DNA from: Eremomyces bilateralis CBS 781.70 | Lineage: Eukaryota | Length of the DNA: 64,000 bases | Assembly (NCBI GenBank): GCA_010015585.1 | Contig: ML975167.1 | Strand: one strand, 5' to 3' | In this document: positions 27,170-38,920 of the stretch, piece after piece | Numbering within the stretch: the stretch's first letter is position 1 | Layout: each line of letters begins with the position of its first letter | Made by a program: the position numbers and the translations under genes | Notes under the pieces: generated by a model | What the model saw: only the letters and a program-made list of their open reading frames with translations | Databases searched by the model: none | What the model was told of the DNA's origin: nothing

Positions 27170-27706
27170 CGGCATCGGTCATGATGGTGGTTGTGGTGCT
27201 GCTGGGGATAATGTAATGACTGGAATAATGGCATTATGAGCGACTGCGTTTTTTTGAGTTTGGACACATCTCGGAGCCGCAGGCCCAAGAAGAATATTTT
27301 TCTTGGCCGCATCAGATGGCGAATGGCGACACCCTAATGACAACGATGGTAAAAATAGGAATAGAACCAACTTTCCACTAGAACTTAAACATTGGTCGTG
27401 CAATAACTGTGCATTGACTTTGGACGGTACCTGGCGATGCCATCGAATAACGTGACGACCAAGGAAACGTTCCAAACATCCCATATTCTTCAGGGACGTA
27501 TAATGAATTACAAGTGAGGTATAGTACAGTGATATCAGTGGTGCTCTACACCAAGAGGAGAACCCAGGTCGGTTGAAGTACGACCCTAAGAATTGCTTCC
27601 AACGCCGGTACAAAAATCAGTCGGCATTTTGGCCTCCATGGGCGATAGAAATCCCAGTCCGCCTGTTCGAGCCGATTAAAACCGCCGTCATCCACCGTTT
27701 GCTTCG

Positions 27707-30700
27707 TTACTTAGTATTGGCGCCCATCACATCCACATATCGGCCCCCCCTCTTCTTCCCCCTCACCGTTCCCCCTTTTCTTGCCCCCGCCGCCCCAAGC
27801 AGGTCATCGATCGAGCTCGCTTCGCTCAATCTCGTCGGCGGCCGGCTGGGAGGACCGCCCAGCAACTTCCCGCCGGGAGGACCTCCTGCCGGGGTTCCTG
27901 TGCGCGACGGCGGGCCGGATGCGCTCACCGGCGGACCGGGCAATGTACTCGGATGGCTCGTCGGTGGAGCTCCGGAACTGACGCTGCGCGCCATCCCCGG
28001 CGCGCCACCTGGGGGCGGCGTCCCGCTTGGGGGAGGAGCTAGACTGGAGCCGCTGGCTGCTCGGGAAGGGGGAGCTAAACCTCGAGGTGGAGGCGGTGTG
28101 GAAGATGTGGCTGGGGCGGGAGTGGCGGACGGGTTGGACTTATCCACGTAACGCTTGAGCTCGGGGTCCCAGACGAGGGAGAGCTTTTCGCCGAGGTCGG
28201 CGCGGTTGGGGTCCTTTTTGAACGGCCAGAGGGACCAGCCCGATTTTTGTTTTCCAGCGGCTTTCTTGGCTGCGAGGACTGTTAGCACTTGTCGTAGATT
28301 GTATTGCGAGGCATCTTACCGTCAGCTTCGGCAGCTTTTCGGAATGCTTCATCTGCCTGGTCGTCGGCTTGAGAACGCTGCTGGTTTTTGAGCTCCGCTG
28401 CCCGGCGAGCAAGGTCATCGTCATCTTCCTCATCAGCATACATGACTCCTTTCTTTTTGGGTTTGGCCTTCTCCTCTACTTCCTCTTTCTGCGTCTCAGG
28501 TTCGGGCTCGTATGGTTGATAGGTGGGCGGCTCGTACGAGCTGGTGGGAGGTTCGTAACTCGGGGGTTCGTAACCGCCGCCAAACGTCTCCGCAGGTCCC
28601 TCGACATCCTCCTGGAGGTCCAGAGTTGGGGGTCCGGATAGTTCCACTCGAGAGGGCGGACCCTCGAACGATGCCGCGGTAGTGGGTTCCTCTAGGACCA
28701 CGGACGGAACATATGCGTGCGATTCGAATGACCGTGCTTGCTGAAGTGTCGGAGGCTGAACGCTCAGATCCTCTGCCACACTCGTTTCCACCGGAGGCGA
28801 GGGTGCATAGGTTTGAGGCGTGTAGCCTGAGGACTGTGGTCGGTAGCCGGATGACTGTGGTCGGTAGCTTGTGCCGTTGGTTTGAGAAGGTGCGGAGACG
28901 GGCGCATAAGACGATGTCTGCTGCGACTGGCCGGGGAGATGATGGTGCATAGTTGGAGATTCCGAGCCAGCTCTCGGCATATAGGGGCCTGGCGGCGACT
29001 CGGCTGAGGTTCGAGCGGCCTGGAATGGTGCAGCGCTATGTGGTCGATACTGCCCTTTCGCACTCTCCATGGAAGAGCGAGCCGTGGCATTTCCAGGAGC
29101 ATATTTGGCATTAAAGCTCGTCGAAGGCTGCAGCGGAGCTCCATTGTTCCCATATGCGGCACCGTAAAGGTCGGTGTGTGAAGCACTTCGACTGACCGCC
29201 GGAGTATCACCCGCAATTCGTGCGAACGGACCCACTTCATTCTTCCCTCCGGACCCAGTGGAGGCGCCGTCATTTTCATCGCCCGCGACAAAGTTGGCAA
29301 CCTTCTCCCAGAGCGATCCGGAGACTTTGTCCATATTCGGCCGCGAGATCCATGACGAAGACGCTTCTTTGGGAGCTTCGGAGAGCCGCTTCGACAAGTC
29401 ATCGAGGACGGATATTAGGGTATGGTGATAGTATGGCGATGGCTTCGTCTTCGACGATATTATCGCCGTGATTGCGTCGCAATACTGCTGTGCCTCATTT
29501 CGATGCCCACTCTCTGCAAGCACCAGCGCGTGGTGCAGCTTGTACGCTTGCAAATGAGGTAAGGTTTGAGCTTGAGGCGTCAACGACAATGAGAACTCGT
29601 ATACTTCTGTCAGCATAATCGACTCCAAATCGTGCCCAAAGCTAGCTTCATGCACGTGTGCGTCTGAGCCGACGAGAGTAAGTTGTGCTCGCGGATCGTC
29701 CGAGCCGCCAATATATGTCAGAGATTTGGCGAACAGGAAACAAATATGGGCAGCTTCTACTCGACCATACCCAATCAACAGCTTACCCAGTCCCAGGAGG
29801 GCTTGAGGGTCGCCTTGAGTACGGTTGTTGAGGATCAGGAGGAGGGTTTCTTGCCACTTGTCTAGCCCGGCCAAGCGATTACGGGTGGCGCCAGTTGACT
29901 CCGATTTAGAGACCATCTGGAATCCCGCTCGAGCAGACATCGGCACGAGCTCATCCACGCTTTCATCCCAGTTGCCCGCGAACGTTTCGTAGAGGGCGCC
30001 AAGGGCTTCATTACCGGGACCCGCCTTCTGCACCTCTTTTCGCACGAACTCCTGTACGACCTGCTTCCACAGATCGCGGCTCAGAGCCGAGGAGATGATC
30101 ATCGCATGGCCCCAGAGACGTTGGTCCACGGCGTACCAGACCGCCTTGTCCCGTTCGCCCGTCGCTAGGAATTTCCGGAGCGTTGACAACGCCTTGGAGT
30201 CGGCCGACTCGGCCAACACGGGTCCTGAACGAGGCGCCTCGGATGACTCGGGCCTCATGCCGTAAGGCGTGGCCACATCTGCGGTGCTGACGTTTTCTGT
30301 GGTGAACAGTTTTCGTGTCGCTTGTTCGACGGCTGGGGTCCCTTCGAGGACACCGTCGTGCTCGACGAGTAAGCCAAGGAGCCGCCATAAGAGGATCTTC
30401 TCGTTCATCTTCGTGATACCGTCGGCGCCCAATTGCATTTCGACGCCCATCGACCGCATCTCATTGTCCATCGCATCGGTACCAGCCTTGAGCCACGCCA
30501 GCACTTCTTTCTTTTTATTTTTCTTGAGCGGCCCAGGAAATTTGGCTAAGCGATCGGGTAGCGGCAGGACATCCTCCACATGCTTCGTTTTGACCTCTCC
30601 AAGCGCGCATTTAATCATGGGAGTGGCATGACCAGCACCATACCGTGGGATCTGGACAGGGAACGAGGAGACACAGGTCCCTCCCATCCCCCATGCAAAT

Positions 30701-33504
30701 ACAGGATAACCCTTCCAGCGTTGCAGCGGATCAGCTACCCTGTCGTCTTGCGGTTCAATGAAATCCTCATGCAACGTGAACCCTCGTCTGCGACCTAGAT
30801 GCATGGACGGTGGCTTCTCCGCAAAAGTCGGCGACAGTGGCTCGAGTGCCGAAGCAGGCCTCTCAGTAGTAACAGGCGCGGGTTTCGGTCCTTTCATGGT
30901 AGATCCAGGAGACTGGGTCAAGGACCTGCGCGGTGGGGCGAAGGGGGGGGCTTGGGTGACTGGTGCATCGGACCTGACAGGAAAACTGGCCGTGTGATTC
31001 GCCGGGAGTGGCCGGAGCGGTTCCTGCGTGTGCTGTGTTTGGACTTCGGGTGCGGCGCTATGGTGAGCGAGTGGACTTGAGGTGCGGGGGGCAAACTGAG
31101 TGACCGATCGAGGCGCGGACACATAGCGATTTTGCGCTGTTTGGGGAACTGGGGGTGCCGAAGCTGGAGCAAGTCCGCCTGGTTGTAGAGCGGGAACAGG
31201 CGGCGTAGGGGAGTACCGCTTTGGCGCCGGAGCCGTGCTTGTGGGCGAGTATCGCGTTGTTTGAGGGACATGGGGAGGGGCCCGTGGTTGGCTTGAATCA
31301 AGGTCGGCGTATGGTGAAGCCATTTCCGGCCGCTGAAGTTGAGCTGTAAAATCCATTGTAGAACTCGGAGGGGGGGGGGGAGCCATGGGCTGCACCATAT
31401 TCTGTGGAGGAGCCGTGGGCGGCATATTCTGTGGAGGAGCTGTCGGTAAAGAGCCTTGCGCCGCATTTCCAGGCTGCATTTGATAGGGACTCGAGCTCTG
31501 GGGCGGACGAGGGCTGTAGCGTGGACGCGAGACCACCGGCAAATCCTCGAAGAAGCTCGTCTTGCCGGCCGACGCCGAGGATGCGGGTCGATCTTGAGTG
31601 GTGGAAGTTCGAGGTGGGAACTGGGCTGAGCTGGACGACGGGGGGGTCGGGAAACCGGGAGGAGGGAGATTGGATGGTTGGTCCATCGCTGGCGGTGCTG
31701 GCATTGAACTTGTCCCTATACTGCTAGTTCGGGGAGGGGGGGCCGTTGGGTGGACACCGGCTGGTGGCGCAGGGGAAGCCATCGGTCTCCGTCGACGTAC
31801 TGGTATGTCCTCGGGCAAGTCGAACGGCGATGCATAGCCTCCCCTTGACTTGTCAACAAAGCTTACGGCTGCGGCCGGTTGGCTGGGAAGGGCGGGAGGC
31901 GGTTGATAAGTCTGCCCATAGACCGCTCCATATGAGGGTTGAGGTGCAGTCTGCGATTGGGCGATTGACGGCTGGGATGCCGGGGCTTTCGAGGACAGGT
32001 CGGTAAAATTGGGAGCTTGAGGTGTGTAGAGGTTGTTCGGGGCTTGGGGTTGCTGGGGCGGCTGTTGCTGGGCATCCTGCGGAGCATACCGATTCCCAGT
32101 TATGCCTAATCCATCTGTAAATGGAGTAGCTGGCTGGGAAGTAATTGGCTGAGTAGCATCTGCTGGGAGAGCAGACCCTTCTGTGACGTCTTCTAAGAAT
32201 CCCTCATCATCCTCATCGAGGAAGAACCCGGATTCGCCGTTCTCTTCGAGGAAATCATCATTGCCAAGGGTCTCATCCCAAAGCGCCTTTGTTTCGTCCT
32301 CCGGTTTCTGGGGTTGAGGTTCGGAGGTTTCCTTAAGTATGCCTGTATCCATCTTCGGCTGAGCAAAGAAGTCCGCACCGGAATCTTGAGTAATATCGGA
32401 GGAGAAGAAGTCATCGGCGCCTGTGGATTTAGTCTGGTCCTGCCCGAAAAAGTCGTCTTCAGGCTGCGTCTTCCCCTCAAGCTTTTCGTCCGCTAAGGTC
32501 CCAAAGAAATCTGTCGTCTGTTCATGACTATCGGATGCCATATTCTGCTCAAGGGGAAGTTGCTCTCCAACTGCTGAAGAAGTATTGATCTGTGGTTCAA
32601 GCTCTGAGCTGTGAATGCCAGCATGAGCATCGTCGGACGAGATCGCATGATCCACCACGGCGGCATCCACGCCTGAGGATAGTCCTGCCGGTTCGTCTCC
32701 AAGGAAGTCATCTGTCGTATTCCCCCAATCGATGGTTGATTCTTCCACGTCTGCCGCAACAAGAGGCATTTGGGGGTCTTCCGCGGCATCCACACCTGAG
32801 GATAAACCTGCCGGTTCGTCTCCAAGGAAGTTATCCGTTGCATTCCCCCAATCGATTGTTGATTCTTCCGCGTCTGCCGCAACAAGAGGCATTTGGGGGT
32901 CTTCAGCAACCGCGTCTGCTAGAAATGTTGATTGACCTTGGGGTTCGTACGGCGCCGTCGGTTTGGGTTGGGGCACATCGCTGTCTTCCGTATAACGAGA
33001 TGCAATATCCTCCAAAGGTTCTTGCCCGACGCTTTCTGGCCACGGCTCCGCAGGTGTATCCGAAGAGACAGCCGGCGCGCCTCGGTCTTCGGACAACGTG
33101 TGATTTGCAGACACACCGCGATCGCCGTCGCCGTCGCCCTCGATATTCAAATCAGATGCATCCTCATCCTTAGTAGTGCTTTCCTGGGTTATTGAAGGAA
33201 TGGTCGAAGTTGTCTCGGCGGTCGAATCGTTGCGATCGAAGAAATCGACATCGGCAGTCTCGGCAATGGCGTGCTGCTCGACCACAGGCTGGGGATAATG
33301 CACATCCTCCTTCGATCTTGTATATTCCTCCGCAGTCCCGATGGTGTTTGAGCTCGTTGGCGCAGTTTGACTTTTGATTCCCAGGATTTCGCCATTCATG
33401 CCCGGTAAAGGAGACCTGTTAGAGTTGGGTCTGAAGGCGGGATTCCATGAGGCAGCGCCACCATTCGCGAAAGTATAGGTTTGGCCATCACCATTGCTAT
33501 CCAT
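27707..33504 (-). CDS. SEC16: COPII coat assembly protein Sec16; intron 28270-28319
   Basis: Acidic, Pro-rich N-terminus (SWNPAFRP), central domain (FPGPLK, AVWYAVDQRLWGHAMII, EAAHICFL, HLQAYKL) and C-terminal RADLGEK..WDPELKRYV and RYVDVM. Confidence 0.93.
32659..32904. repeat. In-frame tandem duplication, 2 x 123 bp (41 aa), inside SEC16
   Basis: EDPQMPLVAAD(A/V)EESTIDWGN(A/T)TD(N/D)FLGDEPAGLSSGVDAA occurs twice. The 123-bp period is confirmed by cggcatccac at 32661 and 32784. Confidence 0.95.
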
Positions 33505-34067
33505 TACGCTGTTTTAAGTGAGAAGCCAAAGCCTGAGGACAATCAGCACCTGGGAGAGAAATCATGGCGACAGATAAGACGGGGTGAGGACCTACAAGAA
33601 GCAGTACAATGCACCCGCGTGCTGAGTCGGAAGAAAAGGGAGTAAAGGAAAGGCGCTCCTAAACGCGCTCGAATCAGAGTGTAGATCGCATTTGATGCCG
33701 TTGAAAGCAGCGAGGAATCTCAAGAATGTCGATACTCAATAAAAGTTGAAGAATCGTTGATCACTATTGATGAACGAACCCATCAGTTCATTATCATTTG
33801 GTTGAAAGGTGGCCCGTCCGGCAGGAGCCGCGCCACCGTCAGGGTTCAGTAGTTGGTATTGATGCAACCTGACACAATGGGACAGGCGGCCACATATCGC
33901 TCTTCCGAACATCAAGAGTTATTCTGGACCTACTCTCTGTGAACTACATGTCTGCTGATGATCTTGAATACCCGGTTTCTAAATGAACAATACCTCCCAT
34001 AGTCCACCTGTCTGTGACAAGACATCCGATACCCTTCCCCCTCCCTCCAGCCCCAACCCCATGAAGC

Positions 34068-37000
34068 ATGTCGATCTCACATCAATACCACCAGCCAAAT
34101 GCCCCCGACTCCGACGATGACCACGATTCCGACCTTGAACTCGACCTACATGAGCTGGACCCAGTCTCCTCCTCCGCAGTAGCATCCTCAAGTGGGAGGT
34201 CAAGAGATGGGCGAGGTATCGCACAGCAGCTGGGCAGTCATATCCCCCTCCGCAACCTGCGATATTCACGATTACGAGGGAACCGCCGCAACACCTCAAG
34301 TCATGACCATGATGACTTGAACGGGCTGCTCGATGATGATGAGGATGCGAGAAAGCGGTACTCCGCTGCGAGCTCCGGTGGAGGGGACGACGATGCGCCG
34401 CTGCTGCCTACACACTTCAGCAGACCCCGTCCGAGACGATCGGAGGGTTCTCTGGCACGAATCACATCTAGGTTGCGGATACCGAGCTTTATAACGGGCG
34501 CCCAAGCCCCCACGCCGGGCGGGAATGAAGACGAAGAAGAGGCGGATGTTGAACATGATCCTTCGTCGACACGTACCATACCTGTCGGTCAGCGACAGTC
34601 TACACGATTCCCTCTGAACGCTGTTTCAAACGCCAAATATACCCCCTGGAGCTTCCTACCTCTGACGCTTTATAACGAGTTTTCGTTCTTCTTCAACATG
34701 TATTTCCTCCTTGTTGCTCTTTCTCAAGCGATACCTGCGCTCCGGATTGGATATATCTCAACCTACATTGTGCCCTTGGCGTTCGTTCTGATGATTTCAA
34801 TCGGTAAAGAGGCTATCGACGATATTCAGCGGCGACGGAGAGACGCGGAAGCGAATTCCGAACCGTATACCGTCTTGAAATTTGGGGATGGCGAGGAAGG
34901 ACCGGATGGAAATTCAAACGTCCGCGAGATGAAGAAGCCGTCGAGAAGCTTGAAAGTTGGAGATGTGTTGAAGCTTGGGAAGAACCAACGGGTGCCGGCA
35001 GACGTCGTTATTCTGAAAAGCATATCGGCCGACGATGCCGCAATTAAATCCAGCTTGGATGTAAACGCGAACACCGAGAATCTGGAAGCGTTGATATCTA
35101 CGGATTTAGGGGCTGCCCAACCTCAACCGACGGAAAGCGCAGAGGGCAACCCTGGACCTACGGGAGAAGCATTCATTCGCACGGATCAGCTCGATGGTGA
35201 GACGGATTGGAAGCTGAGATTGGCCTCTCCGTCGACGCAGAATATATCGATCGAAGAATTCATGAAACTCAAGGTTGTCGCAGGCAAACCAGATAAGAAA
35301 GTCAACGACTTTGTAGGGACAGTGGAACTAGAAGATTCCGTTAGCGGTACGCATGATGATGCCGAGCAGGCGAACTCGTGGCCGCTGTCCATCGATAATA
35401 CTGCCTGGGCCAATACAGTCATCGCATCGACATGCACCCTTTACGCTGTGGTGGTCTATACCGGATCACAAACGAGACAGGCTCTCTCGACGTCCACATC
35501 ACGGTCGAAAACCGGCCGTTTAGAATACGAGATCAACTCCCTCACGAAAATCCTCTGCCTCCTCACCTTCGCCCTCTCGTTCATCCTCGTCGCCCTCGAA
35601 GGGTTCGAAGCCCGAGAAGACGGCCGGAAATGGTATGTCTCCGTCATGATATACCTGATCCTCTTTTCGACCATCGTCCCAGTGAACCTCCGCGTAAACG
35701 TCGACATGGCGAAATCGGTCTATGCCTGGCAGATCGAGCACGACAAAGACATCCCGGACACCGTGGTTCGGACCAGCACGATCCCCGAGGATTTGGGGCG
35801 GGTCGAATATCTGCTGAGCGACAAGACCGGCACGCTCACGCAGAACGAAATGGAGATGAAGAAGATTCATGTCGGGACCGTGTCGTATGCCAACGAAGCC
35901 ATGGACGAGGTGGCGTCGTACGTTCGCCAAACCTTTGCGAACAGCCCGGAGGAGAGATCGTCGCTCCTTACTCCATCTTCCGCAAACGTCGTTTCCACCT
36001 CGGCCACGCGAACGCGACGAGAAATCGGCGCACGCGTTCGCGATATCGTTCTCACTTTGGCGCTCTGTCACAATGTGACACCGACCATCGAGGACGAGGA
36101 TGGCACGTCAGTCACGACATACCAAGCCTCGTCTCCGGATGAGATCGCCATCGTCAAGTGGGCGGAAACCGTGGGACTGCGACTGCTCCATCGAGACCGG
36201 GTATCCATCTCCTTGCAATCCACGGAGACCGGTCGTGTCGTTGTCCGTGTCCGGATCCTGAACATCTTTCCTTTCACATCCGAAGGGAAGCGAATGGGCA
36301 TCCTCGTTCAGTTTTCGAAGACAAGCACTGCCCTCCCGACAGAAGTCGACGAGGATTCTGAGATCTGGTTCTATCAGAAGGGCGCCGACACAGTCATGGC
36401 CAATATCGTTGCTTCTAACGACTGGTTGGAAGAAGAGACCTCGAACATGGCGCGGGAAGGACTTCGCACCCTCGTCGTAGGGCGCAAACAACTGTCACCT
36501 GCTCTATACCGAGAATTCACCCGCGTCTATGCCGAAGCCAGTCTGTCGCTGCAAGGACGTGATGCCAACATGGCATCGGCGGTTGAATCATACCTTGAGC
36601 ACGACCTCGAGCTTCTGGGGGTTACCGGCGTGGAAGACAAGCTGCAGAAAGACGTCAAGCCCAGCCTGGAGCTTCTTCGCAACGCTGGAGTCAAGGTCTG
36701 GATGCTCACCGGCGACAAAGTTGAGACGGCGCGCTGCGTTGCCATCAGCTCCAAGCTCGTCGCGCGAGGCCAACACATTCATACCATCGCGAAACGTAAG
36801 CCACCACCCTCCGTCCCTCCTCATATCTCCGCTAACCAACCTAGTCAAACGCAAAGACGCCGCCCTCCCTACACTCGACCTCCTCCACACCCACCCCTCC
36901 ACCTGCCTCCTCATCGACGGCGACTCCCTCTCCATCATGCTCACCCACCACCGCGCCACCTTTATTCCCATCGCCATCCGCCTCCCCACCGTCATCGCCT

Positions 37001-37878
37001 GCCGCTGTACCCCTACCCAAAAAGCCGACCTCGCGCGCCTCATCCGCACGCACACCGGCGCCCGCGTCGCCTGCATCGGCGACGGCGGCAACGACGTCAG
37101 CATGATCCTCGCCGCCGATGTGGGGATCGGCATCGTCGGCAAGGAAGGGCGCCAGGCGTCGTTGGCTGCGGACTTCTCGGTGCCGCAATTCCATTACGTG
37201 ACGCGCCTGCTGGTGTGGCACGGGCGGAACAGCTACAAACGGAGCGCGAAGCTCGCGCTGTTCGTCATGCATCGGGGGCTGATCTTTGCGGTGTGCCAGA
37301 CGGTGTTCTCGGTGGCGTCGGCGTTCGAGCCGATCGCGCTGTTTAAGGATTGGTTGCTGGTGGGATACGCGACGGTGTACACGATGGTGCCGGTGTTCAG
37401 CCTCGTGCTGGACCGCGACGTGGACGAGGGGGTGGCGAACCTGTATCCGGAGCTGTACAAGGAGCTGACCAGCGGGCGCAGCCTGTCGTACCGCACGTTC
37501 GGCGTGTGGGTGCTGGTCAGCGTGTATCAGGGGTGCATCATCCAGGGGGTGACGCAGCTACTGGTGGGCATCGACAACTTCCCGCGCATGGTGGCCGTCT
37601 CGTACACAGCGCTTGTGCTGAACGAGCTGCTGATGATCGCCGCCGAGGTCACCACGTGGCATTGGGCCATGATCGTGTCGCTGCTCGCCACCGCCGGGTT
37701 GTTCTTCGGGAGCTTCCCGTTCCTCGGGGAGTATTTCGATTTGAAATATGTCATTTCTGTTGCGTTCGTGTGGAAGGTCGTGGTTGCAGTCGCGTTGGCG
37801 TTGGTGCCGCCGTACGCCGGGAAGATTTTGAATCGTACGTTACGGCCGCCGAATTATAGAAAGGTGCAGGCGGTGTAA
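34068..37878 (+). CDS. NEO1: P4-type ATPase phospholipid flippase, NEO1/ATP9 class; intron 36796-36844
   Basis: NAVSNAKY, FIRTDQLDGETDWKLR, DKTGTLT, YQASSPDE, MLTGDKVETA, CRCTPTQKA, IGDGGNDVSMI, GKEGRQASLAADFS. Confidence 0.95.
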
Positions 37879-38920
37879 GGGTCTAGCAAGCGTTTTTGGG
37901 GGGATACGGCGTTCGGGGTGGATTCGTCGTGGACTTGGGTTGCATTGTGAGAAGCCTGGTGGCCGCTGTTCTGTACCAGCAGCTATTGACTTGTTGCATC
38001 AATTTTGTAGATGAGGCATTCAATACCTTTTGATGAACGTTGATCGAGGTTCATACATTCCGTACTATAGCTGCTTTCAATGACTAGTGCCATAGTATAT
38101 GATGCGATCAGAAGTCAGCAATTTAACGACACTCAACGATAGACCATGAAACATTGAGTAAACCACATATATAAGCACAACTGCCATCTAGCACTTAAAC
38201 AACAGATAACTAGGCCATATGTACAAATCTGCCACCAACTTCCTAATCCTCATAATGCTATTTGAAACTATCCATCTCTTCCTCATCCCTTCAATCCTAT
38301 ACACAGACCCTTCCCATTCGCATTGACCTCGCGGCATTGCATCACCAGCCGCCTCGCCGTTTCCCGCAACCGAAATCGCCCGGAACCGTCGAGTCCCCCC
38401 CCGACAGGCGAATCGGCTCGGCCCTGACGAATCAACCTAATACCGAACAAATCCCACCGACGTGATGTCAGATACATACGCTAAAGAAGAACGGATCAGG
38501 AGTCTCGTCGCCGTCTCGCCGTAACGGCGCCGCCTTCGTCGGCGCAAAAGACGCCCATGTTCTGATGCGGCTGATGTCCGGGCATGGCACTAGCAACGAG
38601 AGCGGAACGGCTGTTAGAAACGATGGAATGGGACACGGGATGTGGGACGGTGATGGCGACGGGTTCAGAGCGAGGTTTAGAGCGACGATGCCAGTGCATG
38701 GAAGTTGGGATATCAGAGGCGAGGACGGGAGACGGTGCAACAGCAAGGGAATTTGGAATTTCATAGTCTAGTGATATTTGACAAGGTAGATATTATGTCG
38801 GGGTTTTGTGGTTTGTGTTGGGTCTGCTTTTTGAATGATTGTGGACGTTTGGACGGGGTGGAATTATGCCTGGTCGTCCGTGCTGGCAGGCGACACGGGG
38901 AATTGCGCGTGTGCACGAGC

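Noticed and set aside
36796..37346. Arg/Pro/His-rich tail of the 1092-aa NEO1 ORF
   Set aside because: Artefact of reading through intron 36796-36844; the true frame continues to 37878.
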